A DNA stretch of 28,347 nucleotides from a virus (Duplodnaviria; Heunggongvirae; Uroviricota; Caudoviricetes), in IMG/VR virus record IMGVR_UViG_3300041407_000052, positions 1-28,347 of that record; one strand, given 5' to 3'. Of this stretch, positions 8,433 to 16,806 are shown piece by piece; positions within the stretch are counted from its first letter, which is position 1, and every line of letters starts with the position of its first letter. A model generated the notes under the pieces. The model did not search any database and was not told the origin of the DNA. It saw nothing but the letters and a program-made list of their open reading frames with translations. The position numbers and the translations under genes were made by a program.

Positions 8433-9053
8433 ATGATGTTCATTTTTGGTAATGTAACAGCACATGGGGTTGTCTATTTGTATCCAGACGTACCACCAAG
8501 TAACCTAGTATGGACAGACCCAAAAGGTCATACAAACTACTGGTGTTCTGTGCAAGGTGATACCTCTGGTTCAAGTAGCAGTCCGCGTACAGAGAGTCGT
8601 CAGACACTTCCTGAATCTGGGGTACCTTACAACTGGCGAGTTGGTGAGTCACTACATGCGATGTTGGGTACGGTAAGAGTTGAATTGGCACCGAGTAGTG
8701 GTAAAGTAATCGTCGGTCAAATCCACGCACACAAAGCACCAAACCCATTTGTGATGGTTACATGGTGGAATGGAGTTGCAAGGATCGACCTGAGACTTAC
8801 ACCAACCAGCTCAGCAAGTAAAGTATTGTCTGTTCCATGTGCACTTGGTGAATCATTTGAATACAGTTTGGTATTGAGTCCAGACGGTATTCTACAGGTT
8901 GCGATCAATGAATCATATTACGTGCTTGACGTAAACCCTCTTTGGGATGAATATCCGTTCTACTTCAAAGCAGGTGCTTACGTGATTGACAATGATGGAC
9001 CTGAAACCGAAGGTGGTTGGGTTGTATACGAAAAGTTTGGTGTGATTAGTTAA
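8433..9053 (+). CDS. Polysaccharide lyase family 7 (alginate lyase), no signal peptide
   Basis: All three PL7 conserved regions are present: SPRTESRQ (R.ELR-like), IVGQIHA (QIH) and FYFKAGAY. Confidence 0.88.
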   Translation: MMFIFGNVTAHGVVYLYPDVPPSNLVWTDPKGHTNYWCSVQGDTSGSSSSPRTESRQTLPESGVPYNWRVGESLHAMLGTVRVELAPSSGKVIVGQIHAHKAPNPFVMVTWWNGVARIDLRLTPTSSASKVLSVPCALGESFEYSLVLSPDGILQVAINESYYVLDVNPLWDEYPFYFKAGAYVIDNDGPETEGGWVVYEKFGVIS

Positions 9054-9063
9054 AGGAGATAAC

Positions 9064-9792
9064 ATGCGTAAAATTATAGGATCGTGCGGACACATCGCAC
9101 AGTATGATCTGCGAGATTTCAAAGGTCGTGTACTCGCTGTGAGTGATTTGCACGGTCACTATGACTTGTTGCATGAATCTCTCAATGAAGTTGCGTTCAA
9201 CGCACAAACAGACTTGTTGTTCGTCATTGGTGATTGGTGTGACCGAGGACCAGACAGTAAACATGTTCTAGATTATGTCAATGAGCCATGGATTCACAGT
9301 CTATGCGGTAACCATGATCAGATGTTTATTGACGGGTTCGATGCTCATTGGCATCCGAACAACAGAAGTGTACTTTGTTTGAAAGCACATGGTGGTGATT
9401 GGATCTGGTCACTGACTGATCTTGAGAAGATACTGATTCATGAAGCATTCAGTGCAATGCCACTTGGTATTGAATTGCTGTTGCCACATGGTCGCAAAGT
9501 TGGACTTGTTCATGCTGAAGTCCCATACCATGACTGGGATAAATGGGTTGACATCGTTGAGACAGAACGCGATCATACACAGGCTGTTGCACAGTGGTCC
9601 AGACGTTGGTATGACTCGCAATTCAAGGGTCAAGTGAAAGGTGTTGATTTTGTTATTGCTGGTCACACACCAACCGACAGCGGTAATATTGAACGTCTTG
9701 GTAACATGCTGTTTATAGACGGTGGTAGTTTCTTTAACGATAAAGTCAACTTGGTTGAGATTGATGACAAACTGTTTAGGAGTATGAAATGA
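9064..9792 (+). CDS. Calcineurin-like Ser/Thr protein phosphatase (lambda NinI/PphA type)
   Basis: Metallophosphoesterase motifs DLHG, GDWCDRG, GNHD, HAEVP, GHTP and IDGG. Confidence 0.92.
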   Translation: MRKIIGSCGHIAQYDLRDFKGRVLAVSDLHGHYDLLHESLNEVAFNAQTDLLFVIGDWCDRGPDSKHVLDYVNEPWIHSLCGNHDQMFIDGFDAHWHPNNRSVLCLKAHGGDWIWSLTDLEKILIHEAFSAMPLGIELLLPHGRKVGLVHAEVPYHDWDKWVDIVETERDHTQAVAQWSRRWYDSQFKGQVKGVDFVIAGHTPTDSGNIERLGNMLFIDGGSFFNDKVNLVEIDDKLFRSMK

Positions 9793-9971
9793 GTTTGGTA
9801 GGAGAAGTACAAAGTCCAGCGGTTAAGAGTCAGATGTTTAAAAGTCTGGAGGCTGCATTGGACTACTGCCTATTTGTCAAACCTGATGAACTTGCGATTA
9901 AGCGAGTGTTCAACGGTGTTGAAGCCATTGGTTGGCAATTACACTTTACAGGTAGCGAGGGACAACGATGA
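9789..9971 (+). CDS. Hypothetical protein
   Basis: ORF track; ATGA overlap and AGGAG RBS. Confidence 0.65.
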   Translation: MSLVGEVQSPAVKSQMFKSLEAALDYCLFVKPDELAIKRVFNGVEAIGWQLHFTGSEGQR

Positions 9972-10126
9972 AACTAGTACAACCTGATGGTCAGGATAAG
10001 AATGTGTTCAACAACTTCAAACGAACACTTCGTGATATCGACAAATTGACGAATGAACAACTTGCACTTATCAATTTTGAAGTATTTCACACTGCACGCA
10101 AACGTGGAGCGGTTGAACCAGAATGA
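9968..10126 (+). CDS. Hypothetical protein (52 aa, MKLVQPDGQDK...)
   Basis: Translated by hand; ATGA overlaps at both ends and GAGG RBS. Confidence 0.7.
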   Translation: MKLVQPDGQDKNVFNNFKRTLRDIDKLTNEQLALINFEVFHTARKRGAVEPE

Positions 10127-10506
10127 ACATTGAATACACTAACGACTTAACGGTTCGTAAGTGTCGCGAGTTCCCCAGCCACGTATTCGTCTTCGGTGAT
10201 AACCTCGCTGGATACGGTACAGCTGGGCAAGCGTGTATCCGAAAAGAACCCAATGCATTTGGAATACCAACCAAACGTTATCCATCAATGAAAGCTGGTT
10301 CATTCTTCACAGATAGTCCTTGTGAGTTTGAACATGTGAAAGAGGCTTTGAGACGGTTATTCGTTTTAGCAAAGCGACATACGATTGTGTTCCCACATAA
10401 TGGGATTGGAACTGGTATGGCTAAGATGCGTGAAACGAGTCCGAAGTTGTTTGCCGAGATGAATGACATTCTACTAAAGCATTTTGGAGTGAGGAATGGA
10501 CAGTGA
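10123..10506 (+). CDS. Conserved phage protein of the FVFG(D/S)N...G.AGQA family
   Basis: FVFGDNL.G.GTAGQA.IR.EPNAFGIPTK and FP.NGIGTG.A are recognisable from widespread phage proteins; the function is not established. Confidence 0.75.
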   Translation: MNIEYTNDLTVRKCREFPSHVFVFGDNLAGYGTAGQACIRKEPNAFGIPTKRYPSMKAGSFFTDSPCEFEHVKEALRRLFVLAKRHTIVFPHNGIGTGMAKMRETSPKLFAEMNDILLKHFGVRNGQ

Positions 10507-11027
10507 ACCTTATCAAACATCTACTGACACGGCATTATGATCCAAGTCGGTATGTAAATCAGGTATTGGACGTTGACAACAACGTCCTCACCGTGTATCT
10601 TACCAATCTTGCTGGTCAATTCGCTGGATTTCAACAGTACCGACCTGAAGTTGAATTTAAGAGGTTAAATTTACCAAATGAAGCAAGATATTTTACATAC
10701 AGTCAACGTGGTGTATCGGCCTGTTGGGGACTGGAAACGCTTGACACGAATAAAAAAGACCTATACCTTGTTGAAGGGATCTTCAAAGCGTCTGCATTAC
10801 ATATGCTTGGACATAATGCTTTAGCGTTGTTGACAGCTAACCCTAAACCAATGAAGAGTTGGTTGCACACGTTACCATACAATCTGATTGGAGTGGGTGA
10901 CGGTGATAAAGCTGGTAGTTGGATGCCAAAAATAGCAGGACAAGGTTTCCAGTCTGATTTGGACTTGGATGAATACACGCTAGAAGAACTTAGCGAATTA
11001 CTGGAGAGTAAACCATGGAAAAGATGA
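10503..11027 (+). CDS. Small TOPRIM-domain protein (primase-like)
   Basis: YLVEGIFKA (TOPRIM glutamate) and GDGD.AG (DxD); no zinc-binding domain visible. GTG start overlaps the upstream stop; GAGG RBS. Confidence 0.68.
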   Translation: MNLIKHLLTRHYDPSRYVNQVLDVDNNVLTVYLTNLAGQFAGFQQYRPEVEFKRLNLPNEARYFTYSQRGVSACWGLETLDTNKKDLYLVEGIFKASALHMLGHNALALLTANPKPMKSWLHTLPYNLIGVGDGDKAGSWMPKIAGQGFQSDLDLDEYTLEELSELLESKPWKR

Positions 11028-11245
11028 AGAACCTATTCAACAAACTGTCCTCAAATCAGATTGCACACCTTAAAACAATCAGTTGGATCGCTGGGGTGAT
11101 CTTTACTATCTGGTTGGTGGGGTTCATGCTTGTCAACTTTACAGACCTAACGATTATCACAATTATATTGGCTGTATTTGGTTTCTTTGTATACAATACT
11201 TACATTGCTGTATACACTCTTGTCAAACATAAGAGCAGCAAGTGA
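11024..11245 (+). CDS. Membrane protein with 2 predicted TM helices
   Basis: Two hydrophobic stretches, WIAGVIFTIWLVGFMLV and LTIITIILAVFGFFVY. Confidence 0.7.
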   Translation: MKNLFNKLSSNQIAHLKTISWIAGVIFTIWLVGFMLVNFTDLTIITIILAVFGFFVYNTYIAVYTLVKHKSSK

Positions 11246-11421
11246 TATGTCCTGAATGTTATAACAATGAAATCAAATATTGGCGTGATCAACCGATGAA
11301 TGAAGAGATTCGAAAGGAACTAACGTTCCAACGACACGCCAATATTTACTATTACACTCTGGATGAGGCAATGACCATCTGGGGAACACAAATTGAAGAG
11401 GAATATTATGTACAAGATTAA
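11242..11421 (+). CDS. Hypothetical protein (59 aa, starts M/V-I-CPEC)
   Basis: Translated by hand; GTGA overlap with the upstream gene. Confidence 0.6.
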   Translation: MICPECYNNEIKYWRDQPMNEEIRKELTFQRHANIYYYTLDEAMTIWGTQIEEEYYVQD

Positions 11422-11608
11422 ATTGGATGACACCTGTACGGTCTTTAGTCTGTATCAGGATGACGTATTCATGGGCACTCAGACTTGGATTGGTCAGCAC
11501 TTGCTCAACATTGGTAAACACCACGGTATCGACTTGAGCAAGTGTGAGAGTGAAAGTCACATGCTTTCAATTCTTGAATGTTATATTGACATTGAGATTG
11601 TTGACTAA
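11408..11608 (+). CDS. Hypothetical protein (MYKIKLDD...)
   Basis: ORF track 11393..11608; ATG 11408 has a GAGG RBS. Confidence 0.68.
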   Translation: MYKIKLDDTCTVFSLYQDDVFMGTQTWIGQHLLNIGKHHGIDLSKCESESHMLSILECYIDIEIVD

Positions 11609-11796
11609 TGGACACTGTAGATAAATATATCAGTCGTAAGTTTTGGCTTGCTGTTGTGTTCCAAACAGTATTCACGATCATGTTGTGCTACGGTAAACTT
11701 CCGGTTTCTGCATTTGAGAACCTGACGTACATGTTGCTTGGTGGTTACTTTATTAGTAATGTCACTCAGAAGATATTCGTTAAGGAAATTGTCTAA
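11608..11796 (+). CDS. Small 2-TM membrane protein, possibly holin-like
   Basis: SRKFW followed by two hydrophobic helices and a charged C-terminus; no endolysin nearby. Confidence 0.6.
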   Translation: MDTVDKYISRKFWLAVVFQTVFTIMLCYGKLPVSAFENLTYMLLGGYFISNVTQKIFVKEIV

Positions 11797-12257
11797 TGGT
11801 ATTCTGGAAGACTAAGAAGATCAATCTTGGTGATCAGTCGGTTACCGAACTTACTATTCTCGAATGGAAGCGATTCTTCAGCATTAAGTTGTTCCATTTC
11901 CATAAAACAGATGGTGATCAAGATCGATTCCACACTCACGCCTTCAACGCCGTGAGCATTCTGCTTTCTGGTGATTACATGGAAGAGATTGTTGACCAAG
12001 GTCAGATTGTTCCACTGAAACGCAGTCGTAAACGCTTCCTGTTCATTCCGAAAGATAGTTTTCATCGTATTACCAAGAGTACAGGTTGTCGTACATTGCT
12101 GATCACTGGTCCATGGGGTAAAGAGTTCAAAGAACTTCGCAAGATAAGCGGAACACTTGAACATCCACAAGGAGCAGGTGATTGGCAAGTAGTTGTTTGT
12201 GGTGCACAACGAGTGGACCAACGTTCCGAAGGTATAATTAGACTGGAGAGTATTTAA
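11796..12257 (+). CDS. Cupin-fold protein
   Basis: Cupin metal motif FHTHAF.....LSG.Y.EE ... FHRI ... TLLITGP. Confidence 0.7.
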   Translation: MVFWKTKKINLGDQSVTELTILEWKRFFSIKLFHFHKTDGDQDRFHTHAFNAVSILLSGDYMEEIVDQGQIVPLKRSRKRFLFIPKDSFHRITKSTGCRTLLITGPWGKEFKELRKISGTLEHPQGAGDWQVVVCGAQRVDQRSEGIIRLESI

Positions 12258-12532
12258 TGACGAAAGATGAGTTTGTAAAAACGTTCCTTGAAGGTGCGCA
12301 ACACTCACCAGAAGGTGCCACAATCAGTAACCTTCTGGGTATTGTATACGACTTACGTAAAACAGTTCATTCGAAGAACGATCAAATTGGATTTATGGAT
12401 GATACTGCTCGTGATTGTGGTTGGACACTGAACTGTCGATCATGTGGTGAAAGTTATCAGCCAGATTGTGAACTAAGTGAGATGTATGGTAGTGAAAACT
12501 ATTGCGGGCGTAATGAGTTCTGCACACCATGA
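12257..12532 (+). CDS. Hypothetical protein with CxxC
   Basis: ORF track; TAATG coupling; CRSCG and a second Cys cluster. Confidence 0.7.
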   Translation: MTKDEFVKTFLEGAQHSPEGATISNLLGIVYDLRKTVHSKNDQIGFMDDTARDCGWTLNCRSCGESYQPDCELSEMYGSENYCGRNEFCTP

Positions 12533-12819
12533 AAATCATTGGAATGTTCTACAATAACAAACATGACATGATCGAAGCCTTTCGTAAACATTCTCAAAAT
12601 GTCCAAAGCTTGGCACGTTGTTATAGTGTGGTAACTGTAAACCCTTCAGAAATGAAAATCATAGTAGATGACTGTAAATGGTTGTATTACACATTTGAGG
12701 ATGACCGTCGAATTAATGACATTTCTGGAATTCAGTTTGATGCAATCTTTTCAGAGGTAATTGACCCAAAGGCTAAATGGTACATTATGTCTAGATTCCG
12801 ACCGGGACTGAACAAATGA
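12529..12819 (+). CDS. Hypothetical protein
   Basis: ORF track; ATGA overlap. Confidence 0.7.
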   Translation: MKIIGMFYNNKHDMIEAFRKHSQNVQSLARCYSVVTVNPSEMKIIVDDCKWLYYTFEDDRRINDISGIQFDAIFSEVIDPKAKWYIMSRFRPGLNK

Positions 12820-13295
12820 CAATTACACACGACAGTCTCTGTCTTCAGGCTGAGAAGTTCCTAAAGTCAAATGGTTTCGGTGTTGTATTCCATGATAAGT
12901 TTCGAGCAGTAACCAACAGTGGTGAAATGCCTGATTGCCTTGGTTTCAGAAGTGGTGTATCATGTCTGATCGAATGCAAGACCAGTCGAGCTGACTTCTT
13001 AGCTGATAGGAAGAAGAAGTTCCGTGTAAATCCATCAATTGGTATGGGTGATTGGCGTTTTATGCTCACACCAAAGGGATTAATCAAGGTTGATGAACTT
13101 CCAACAGGTTGGGGCTTGCTTGAGACAACTGGTAAGCGTATAATGAAAGTTCATGGCTTCCCACCAAACACAGCATGGAATGATAAACCATTCCATGCTA
13201 ACAAGCAGGCTGAGAGTGACTATATGTATTCTGCACTACGTCGAATGGTTATCCGTGGTCACTTCAATGAAATATATGAGGGTATTCCAGCATGA
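12816..13295 (+). CDS. PD-(D/E)XK nuclease-like protein (MmcB-like)
   Basis: PDCLGF...LIECKTSRADFLAD.KK resembles the E.K.S..DF..D.K motif of the MmcB family. Confidence 0.62.
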   Translation: MTITHDSLCLQAEKFLKSNGFGVVFHDKFRAVTNSGEMPDCLGFRSGVSCLIECKTSRADFLADRKKKFRVNPSIGMGDWRFMLTPKGLIKVDELPTGWGLLETTGKRIMKVHGFPPNTAWNDKPFHANKQAESDYMYSALRRMVIRGHFNEIYEGIPA

Positions 13296-13510
13296 AACAA
13301 TACAAGATTGTTAAACATTACACCGCACCAGACGATTACATCTATCGTATTTACAAACGTGAGTTTCTGTTCTTCTGGTCGTGGGAAACATCGTATTCAA
13401 CGCTTGAAAGATGTGAAAGTGTTATCGCTGGTTGGAAACAGGATGAGATTGACAAACGTGAATATGTAAAAGCGACCCCTAAACCAACTACTGTTGGTTA
13501 TTATGGTTAA
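13292..13510 (+). CDS. Hypothetical protein
   Basis: ORF track; ATGA overlap and GAGGG RBS. Confidence 0.68.
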   Translation: MKQYKIVKHYTAPDDYIYRIYKREFLFFWSWETSYSTLERCESVIAGWKQDEIDKREYVKATPKPTTVGYYG

Positions 13511-13784
13511 GCGAGTACAGTTGGTGAACAAACACGATGTTGGAATTCATTACGCTCTGTTCACTTGGCGTAAATGTGAATTCTGCAAACAAGACTTCAA
13601 GAAAGAGAGGGGTTATAAATGGCCTGTCTTCCGTTATGGCTATCAGTACTCGTGTGGTGATTGTTCTGCATCTGTGAGTCATTGCAACGATCAAATTGAT
13701 CATCGTCGTGCTTCTGAAGCTGCTCGAATAACAGGCAATCCTCCACCTGCTCCACCAATGCGTACATATGGAGTTAGACGATGA
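13503..13784 (+). CDS. Hypothetical zinc-binding protein
   Basis: CEFC and CGDC pairs; ORF track 13494..13784. Confidence 0.68.
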   Translation: MVKRVQLVNKHDVGIHYALFTWRKCEFCKQDFKKERGYKWPVFRYGYQYSCGDCSASVSHCNDQIDHRRASEAARITGNPPPAPPMRTYGVRR

Positions 13785-14587
13785 ACATCAGAACAATAAA
13801 TATAGATGGTCAGGTTATTCGGGTAGCAATTCGAGAAGGTTCGTCTGTACCGGTGCTATTCTTTAATGGGATTGGTGCAAGTTTGGAACTAGTACTTCCG
13901 TTCATCGACAGTCTACCACCAGAGTTGTCAGTGATTGCATTTGATGTACCGGGAATTGGTGGGAGTAGTTTACCAACTACAGGTGCGTACACAATGCAGG
14001 GTCTTGCACAGACTGTTAGTAAGATGCTGGACGTACTTCGTGTTCAATATGTGGATGCACTCGGTTTAAGTTGGGGTGGATTCCTTGCTCAGCAATTTGC
14101 ATACTCGTTCCCAACACGCTGTCGTAAGTTGATTCTTGCAGCTACATCACATGGTGTACTCTCTGTTCCACCTAGTTTCAAAGTGCTTGGTTTGATGTCT
14201 AGTCCTAAACGCTACACTGATTTGGAGTTTGCAGCACGCATTACACCAGACATTTATGGTGGTAGCTTCAGACATGACAAACAGTTAGGACTGTCTCACG
14301 CACGTAAGATGATTGCAGATAAGACACCTACATTTGAGCAAGGTTACAAGTATCAAATGGGTGCGTTGTTCGGTTGGAGCAGTTTAACTTGGTTGCATAC
14401 GATTAGACAACCAACATTGGTACTGTGTGGTAATGATGACCCAATCATTCCGCTGGTTAACATGCATGTGTTGTCCAACTTGATTCCTAACAGTGTACAA
14501 CATGTATTTAATGACGGTCATCTGTTTCTACTGACTGACATCGAACGCTGTACACCCATTATCCACTCTTTCTTGGAGTCTGTATGA
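13781..14587 (+). CDS. phaZ: Intracellular mcl-poly(3-hydroxyalkanoate) depolymerase, PhaZ type (alpha/beta hydrolase)
   Basis: Collinear with Pseudomonas PhaZ as recalled: FNGIGASLELV.PF, VIAFDVPGIGGS, lipase box GLSWGG, AQQFA...P.RC.KLILAAT, SP.RY, IYGG.FR, WLH.I.QPTLVL.G.DDP.IPL.NM, DGHLFL. Confidence 0.92.
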   Translation: MNIRTINIDGQVIRVAIREGSSVPVLFFNGIGASLELVLPFIDSLPPELSVIAFDVPGIGGSSLPTTGAYTMQGLAQTVSKMLDVLRVQYVDALGLSWGGFLAQQFAYSFPTRCRKLILAATSHGVLSVPPSFKVLGLMSSPKRYTDLEFAARITPDIYGGSFRHDKQLGLSHARKMIADKTPTFEQGYKYQMGALFGWSSLTWLHTIRQPTLVLCGNDDPIIPLVNMHVLSNLIPNSVQHVFNDGHLFLLTDIERCTPIIHSFLESV

Positions 14588-14751
14588 ATATCCGTGACCT
14601 GATTGATAATCTTGAAGACATGGTTGTACAATGTGGTGAAAACCAAGTAGTAGAAATCTGGTGTCCAGAAGGTGAAGACTGGTTTCCTATCACTGGGTTT
14701 ACATACGGTGGTGGTGAGAACATTGTTCGTATTTACAATGATGAGGCTTGA
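14584..14751 (+). CDS. Hypothetical protein (55 aa, MNIRDLIDNL...)
   Basis: Translated by hand; ATGA overlap and GGAG RBS. Confidence 0.7.
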   Translation: MNIRDLIDNLEDMVVQCGENQVVEIWCPEGEDWFPITGFTYGGGENIVRIYNDEA

Positions 14752-14769
14752 TGAATGAACAATGTAAGA

Positions 14770-14919
14770 ATGGAAACGATCACTCTTCCCACTTGGTACA
14801 CTCAAGAACAATTGGACCAAGCAGTTGTTAACGCTAAGCTGAAAGCATATGAACTTGGCTACGATTCTGGATTCGAAGAAGGGTATACAGAGGGTAATCA
14901 AAATTGTCAACACCGATAA
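14770..14919 (+). CDS. Hypothetical protein (49 aa, METITLPTWY...GYDSGFEEGYTEG)
   Basis: Translated by hand; contains G-x-x-x-G repeats common in small phage helical proteins. Confidence 0.58.
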   Translation: METITLPTWYTQEQLDQAVVNAKLKAYELGYDSGFEEGYTEGNQNCQHR

Positions 14920-15019
14920 TATCAGTCGAAGCGCTAACACTTGCTTTGTCTCATGTGCGTAACTATCAGGACAGAATGTTTCTACAATTCTTGATTGCTG
15001 TTGAAAGGAGAAAACAATA

Positions 15020-15193
15020 ATGGGTGACCGTGAACCATGGGAACACGAACTGACAAGGGTTATTCATATTGCACGACTAGCTGAGTTACCCGAAGTAGTA
15101 TCTGCAATCCAGAATTCAATCTTTCAAATACATCTGTTGAAAGGTAAAGCAAATGACCTTGCTCAAATTAAACAATTGCTGGGGAAGAGATAA
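15020..15193 (+). CDS. Hypothetical protein (57 aa, MGDREPWEHE...)
   Basis: Translated by hand; strong AGGAG RBS. Confidence 0.72.
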   Translation: MGDREPWEHELTRVIHIARLAELPEVVSAIQNSIFQIHLLKGKANDLAQIKQLLGKR

Positions 15194-15345
15194 TGAACAA
15201 ATTATACCAAGTCGTAGGCGAAAGCGATGATGGTTTCTCACTAGATGGTCAGACATTTGATAACTTCACAGATGCTGACATGGAAGCTCATTTGTTGGGT
15301 CTTGAATTCCCAAACAACGAATACTGGGTTGAGAGAATCAAATGA
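15193..15345 (+). CDS. Hypothetical protein (50 aa, MNKLYQVVGE...)
   Basis: Translated by hand; TAATG and ATGA couplings. Confidence 0.7.
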   Translation: MNKLYQVVGESDDGFSLDGQTFDNFTDADMEAHLLGLEFPNNEYWVERIK

Positions 15346-15590
15346 GCGACAAACAATGTCCTTGCTGTCGTCGTAAACATGTAGGTCCAATCAAGACATG
15401 GAGACGCAACACACAGTACATAGACGATGTTCTAAACTGTATGACAACTTGCGTGCACTGCATTGCAGAAGACGATATCAACTACGCATATCAGTGGGCA
15501 GAATATTACAACGGGACCGGTGCTGGTGGTTACTCACACTACACCGACTTCCTCATCAACAGACGTTGGCCTTGGAGAGAATTACGATGA
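15342..15590 (+). CDS. Hypothetical zinc-binding protein
   Basis: CPCC and CVHC pairs; ORF track. Confidence 0.68.
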   Translation: MSDKQCPCCRRKHVGPIKTWRRNTQYIDDVLNCMTTCVHCIAEDDINYAYQWAEYYNGTGAGGYSHYTDFLINRRWPWRELR

Positions 15591-15751
15591 CAATCGATGA
15601 GTTGAAAGAACAAGCCCGCCTACTCAGACAAATTGTAGTCGTGACGGTTAACAACTATGCTCACACTCGCTTCACCATCGAAAGTCGTGAAGCTTATCTG
15701 AATGCAAGTTGGAAGCTGATCAAGGCATGGGAAAGGAAGAATGGATTATGA
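15587..15751 (+). CDS. Hypothetical protein (MTIDELKEQ...)
   Basis: 3' part of track ORF 15398..15751; ATGA overlap and GGAG RBS. Confidence 0.62.
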   Translation: MTIDELKEQARLLRQIVVVTVNNYAHTRFTIESREAYLNASWKLIKAWERKNGL

Positions 15752-16008
15752 CATGGATTGCTGTTGAAGACAGACTACCACCGATAGACAGTTGGGCGTT
15801 AGTTGTTCAAGATTACAACGTCGGAGATTGGTTTGACCGTCAACGTCGTCCACTAAGGCAAGTCTTTGCAGCAAAGTTGACTGGTATTGATGAACTAGGT
15901 TGGTCAGAATGGGCAAAGACTGGAAACAGATATGATGCATTGTATTTGGTAACCCACTGGCAACCATATCCAACAGTAGAGCAACCAGAGGAGAACAATG
16001 ATGAGTGA
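15748..16008 (+). CDS. DUF551-like protein
   Basis: WIAVEDRLP at the N-terminus and VTHWQPYP at the C-terminus are the DUF551 hallmark. Confidence 0.78.
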   Translation: MTWIAVEDRLPPIDSWALVVQDYNVGDWFDRQRRPLRQVFAAKLTGIDELGWSEWAKTGNRYDALYLVTHWQPYPTVEQPEENNDE

Positions 16009-16093
16009 ACCATGTGATTGTGACTGGTGTGGTAAATGTCGCGACCAACAAAGTAGACAGCGTGAGCTAGAAGAAAGGAGTGATTACGAATGA
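15998..16093 (+). CDS. Small Cys-rich protein (31 aa, MMSEPCDCDWCGKCRDQ...)
   Basis: Translated by hand; GAGGAG RBS; ATGA overlap with the next gene. Confidence 0.6.
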   Translation: MMSEPCDCDWCGKCRDQQSRQRELEERSDYE

Positions 16094-16293
16094 ACATTGA
16101 TCTAGGTTGGTTGGGTAAGGTTGTAATGTGTCAATGGGAAGAGGAAGAACACTTCGTTCCTAATGGTGAGGGTTTCATCATTGTCTCTGACGGATATACA
16201 GACTCAGGTATTCGCGTACATGGTGTACTAGATAATCGACCACATATAACTTACCCTTATTGCTGGCAGAATGCCATTTTGATTAAACTGTAA
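16090..16293 (+). CDS. Hypothetical protein
   Basis: ORF track; AGGAG RBS. Confidence 0.68.
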   Translation: MNIDLGWLGKVVMCQWEEEEHFVPNGEGFIIVSDGYTDSGIRVHGVLDNRPHITYPYCWQNAILIKL

Positions 16294-16317
16294 ATTAGAT
16301 ACAATTAGGAGGTGGTA

Positions 16318-16806
16318 ATGCAATGGCATGACCCAAGGTATTGGTATTTCATTACCGAGAAAGATATGGGTGAAACAATGACTCTACATCCTCGTCAACC
16401 TTGGGGAATGTCAGACGATGAACCGAAAACTAAAAGAATATGCGTAGCACCAACAGCTGCACATTGCATGTCAGCAATTGACGTAGGTTCCGATTGTAGG
16501 TCAGGTGAAACAGGTAAGGTGTATGTCTATCGCACACGTAGACAAGTAAAGGCACGTGTTCCATATAGTGTATATGACTCACATATCACAAAAGAACATT
16601 GGTTGATGTCAAGTACTCGCTTTACATTGGTTGATGTTCTTGAACTAAAAACAAATTTGACATGGGCAAGATTTAAATGGGATGAAGATGCACAACGTAG
16701 AGATTTAAAAGCAATCAAGGCATGGTGTACACGTAGGCGACCACAATTAGCGGTTAAAGAACATGCTAATCAACTATGGAAAGCAGATAAAAGGAAAGCA
16801 GCATGA
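16318..16806 (+). CDS. Hypothetical protein
   Basis: ORF track 16312..16806; AGGAGG RBS. Confidence 0.78.
   Translation: MQWHDPRYWYFITEKDMGETMTLHPRQPWGMSDDEPKTKRICVAPTAAHCMSAIDVGSDCRSGETGKVYVYRTRRQVKARVPYSVYDSHITKEHWLMSSTRFTLVDVLELKTNLTWARFKWDEDAQRRDLKAIKAWCTRRRPQLAVKEHANQLWKADKRKAA

Noticed and set aside
11608-11796. Lysis cassette around the holin-like gene
   Set aside because: No endolysin or spanin is adjacent, so the holin call stays tentative.
568-16718. Numerous - strand ORFs opposite the + block (e.g. 808..1251, 7927..8385, 11793..12323, 14518..14940)
   Set aside because: Antisense shadows of well-supported + genes, lacking RBS or motifs.
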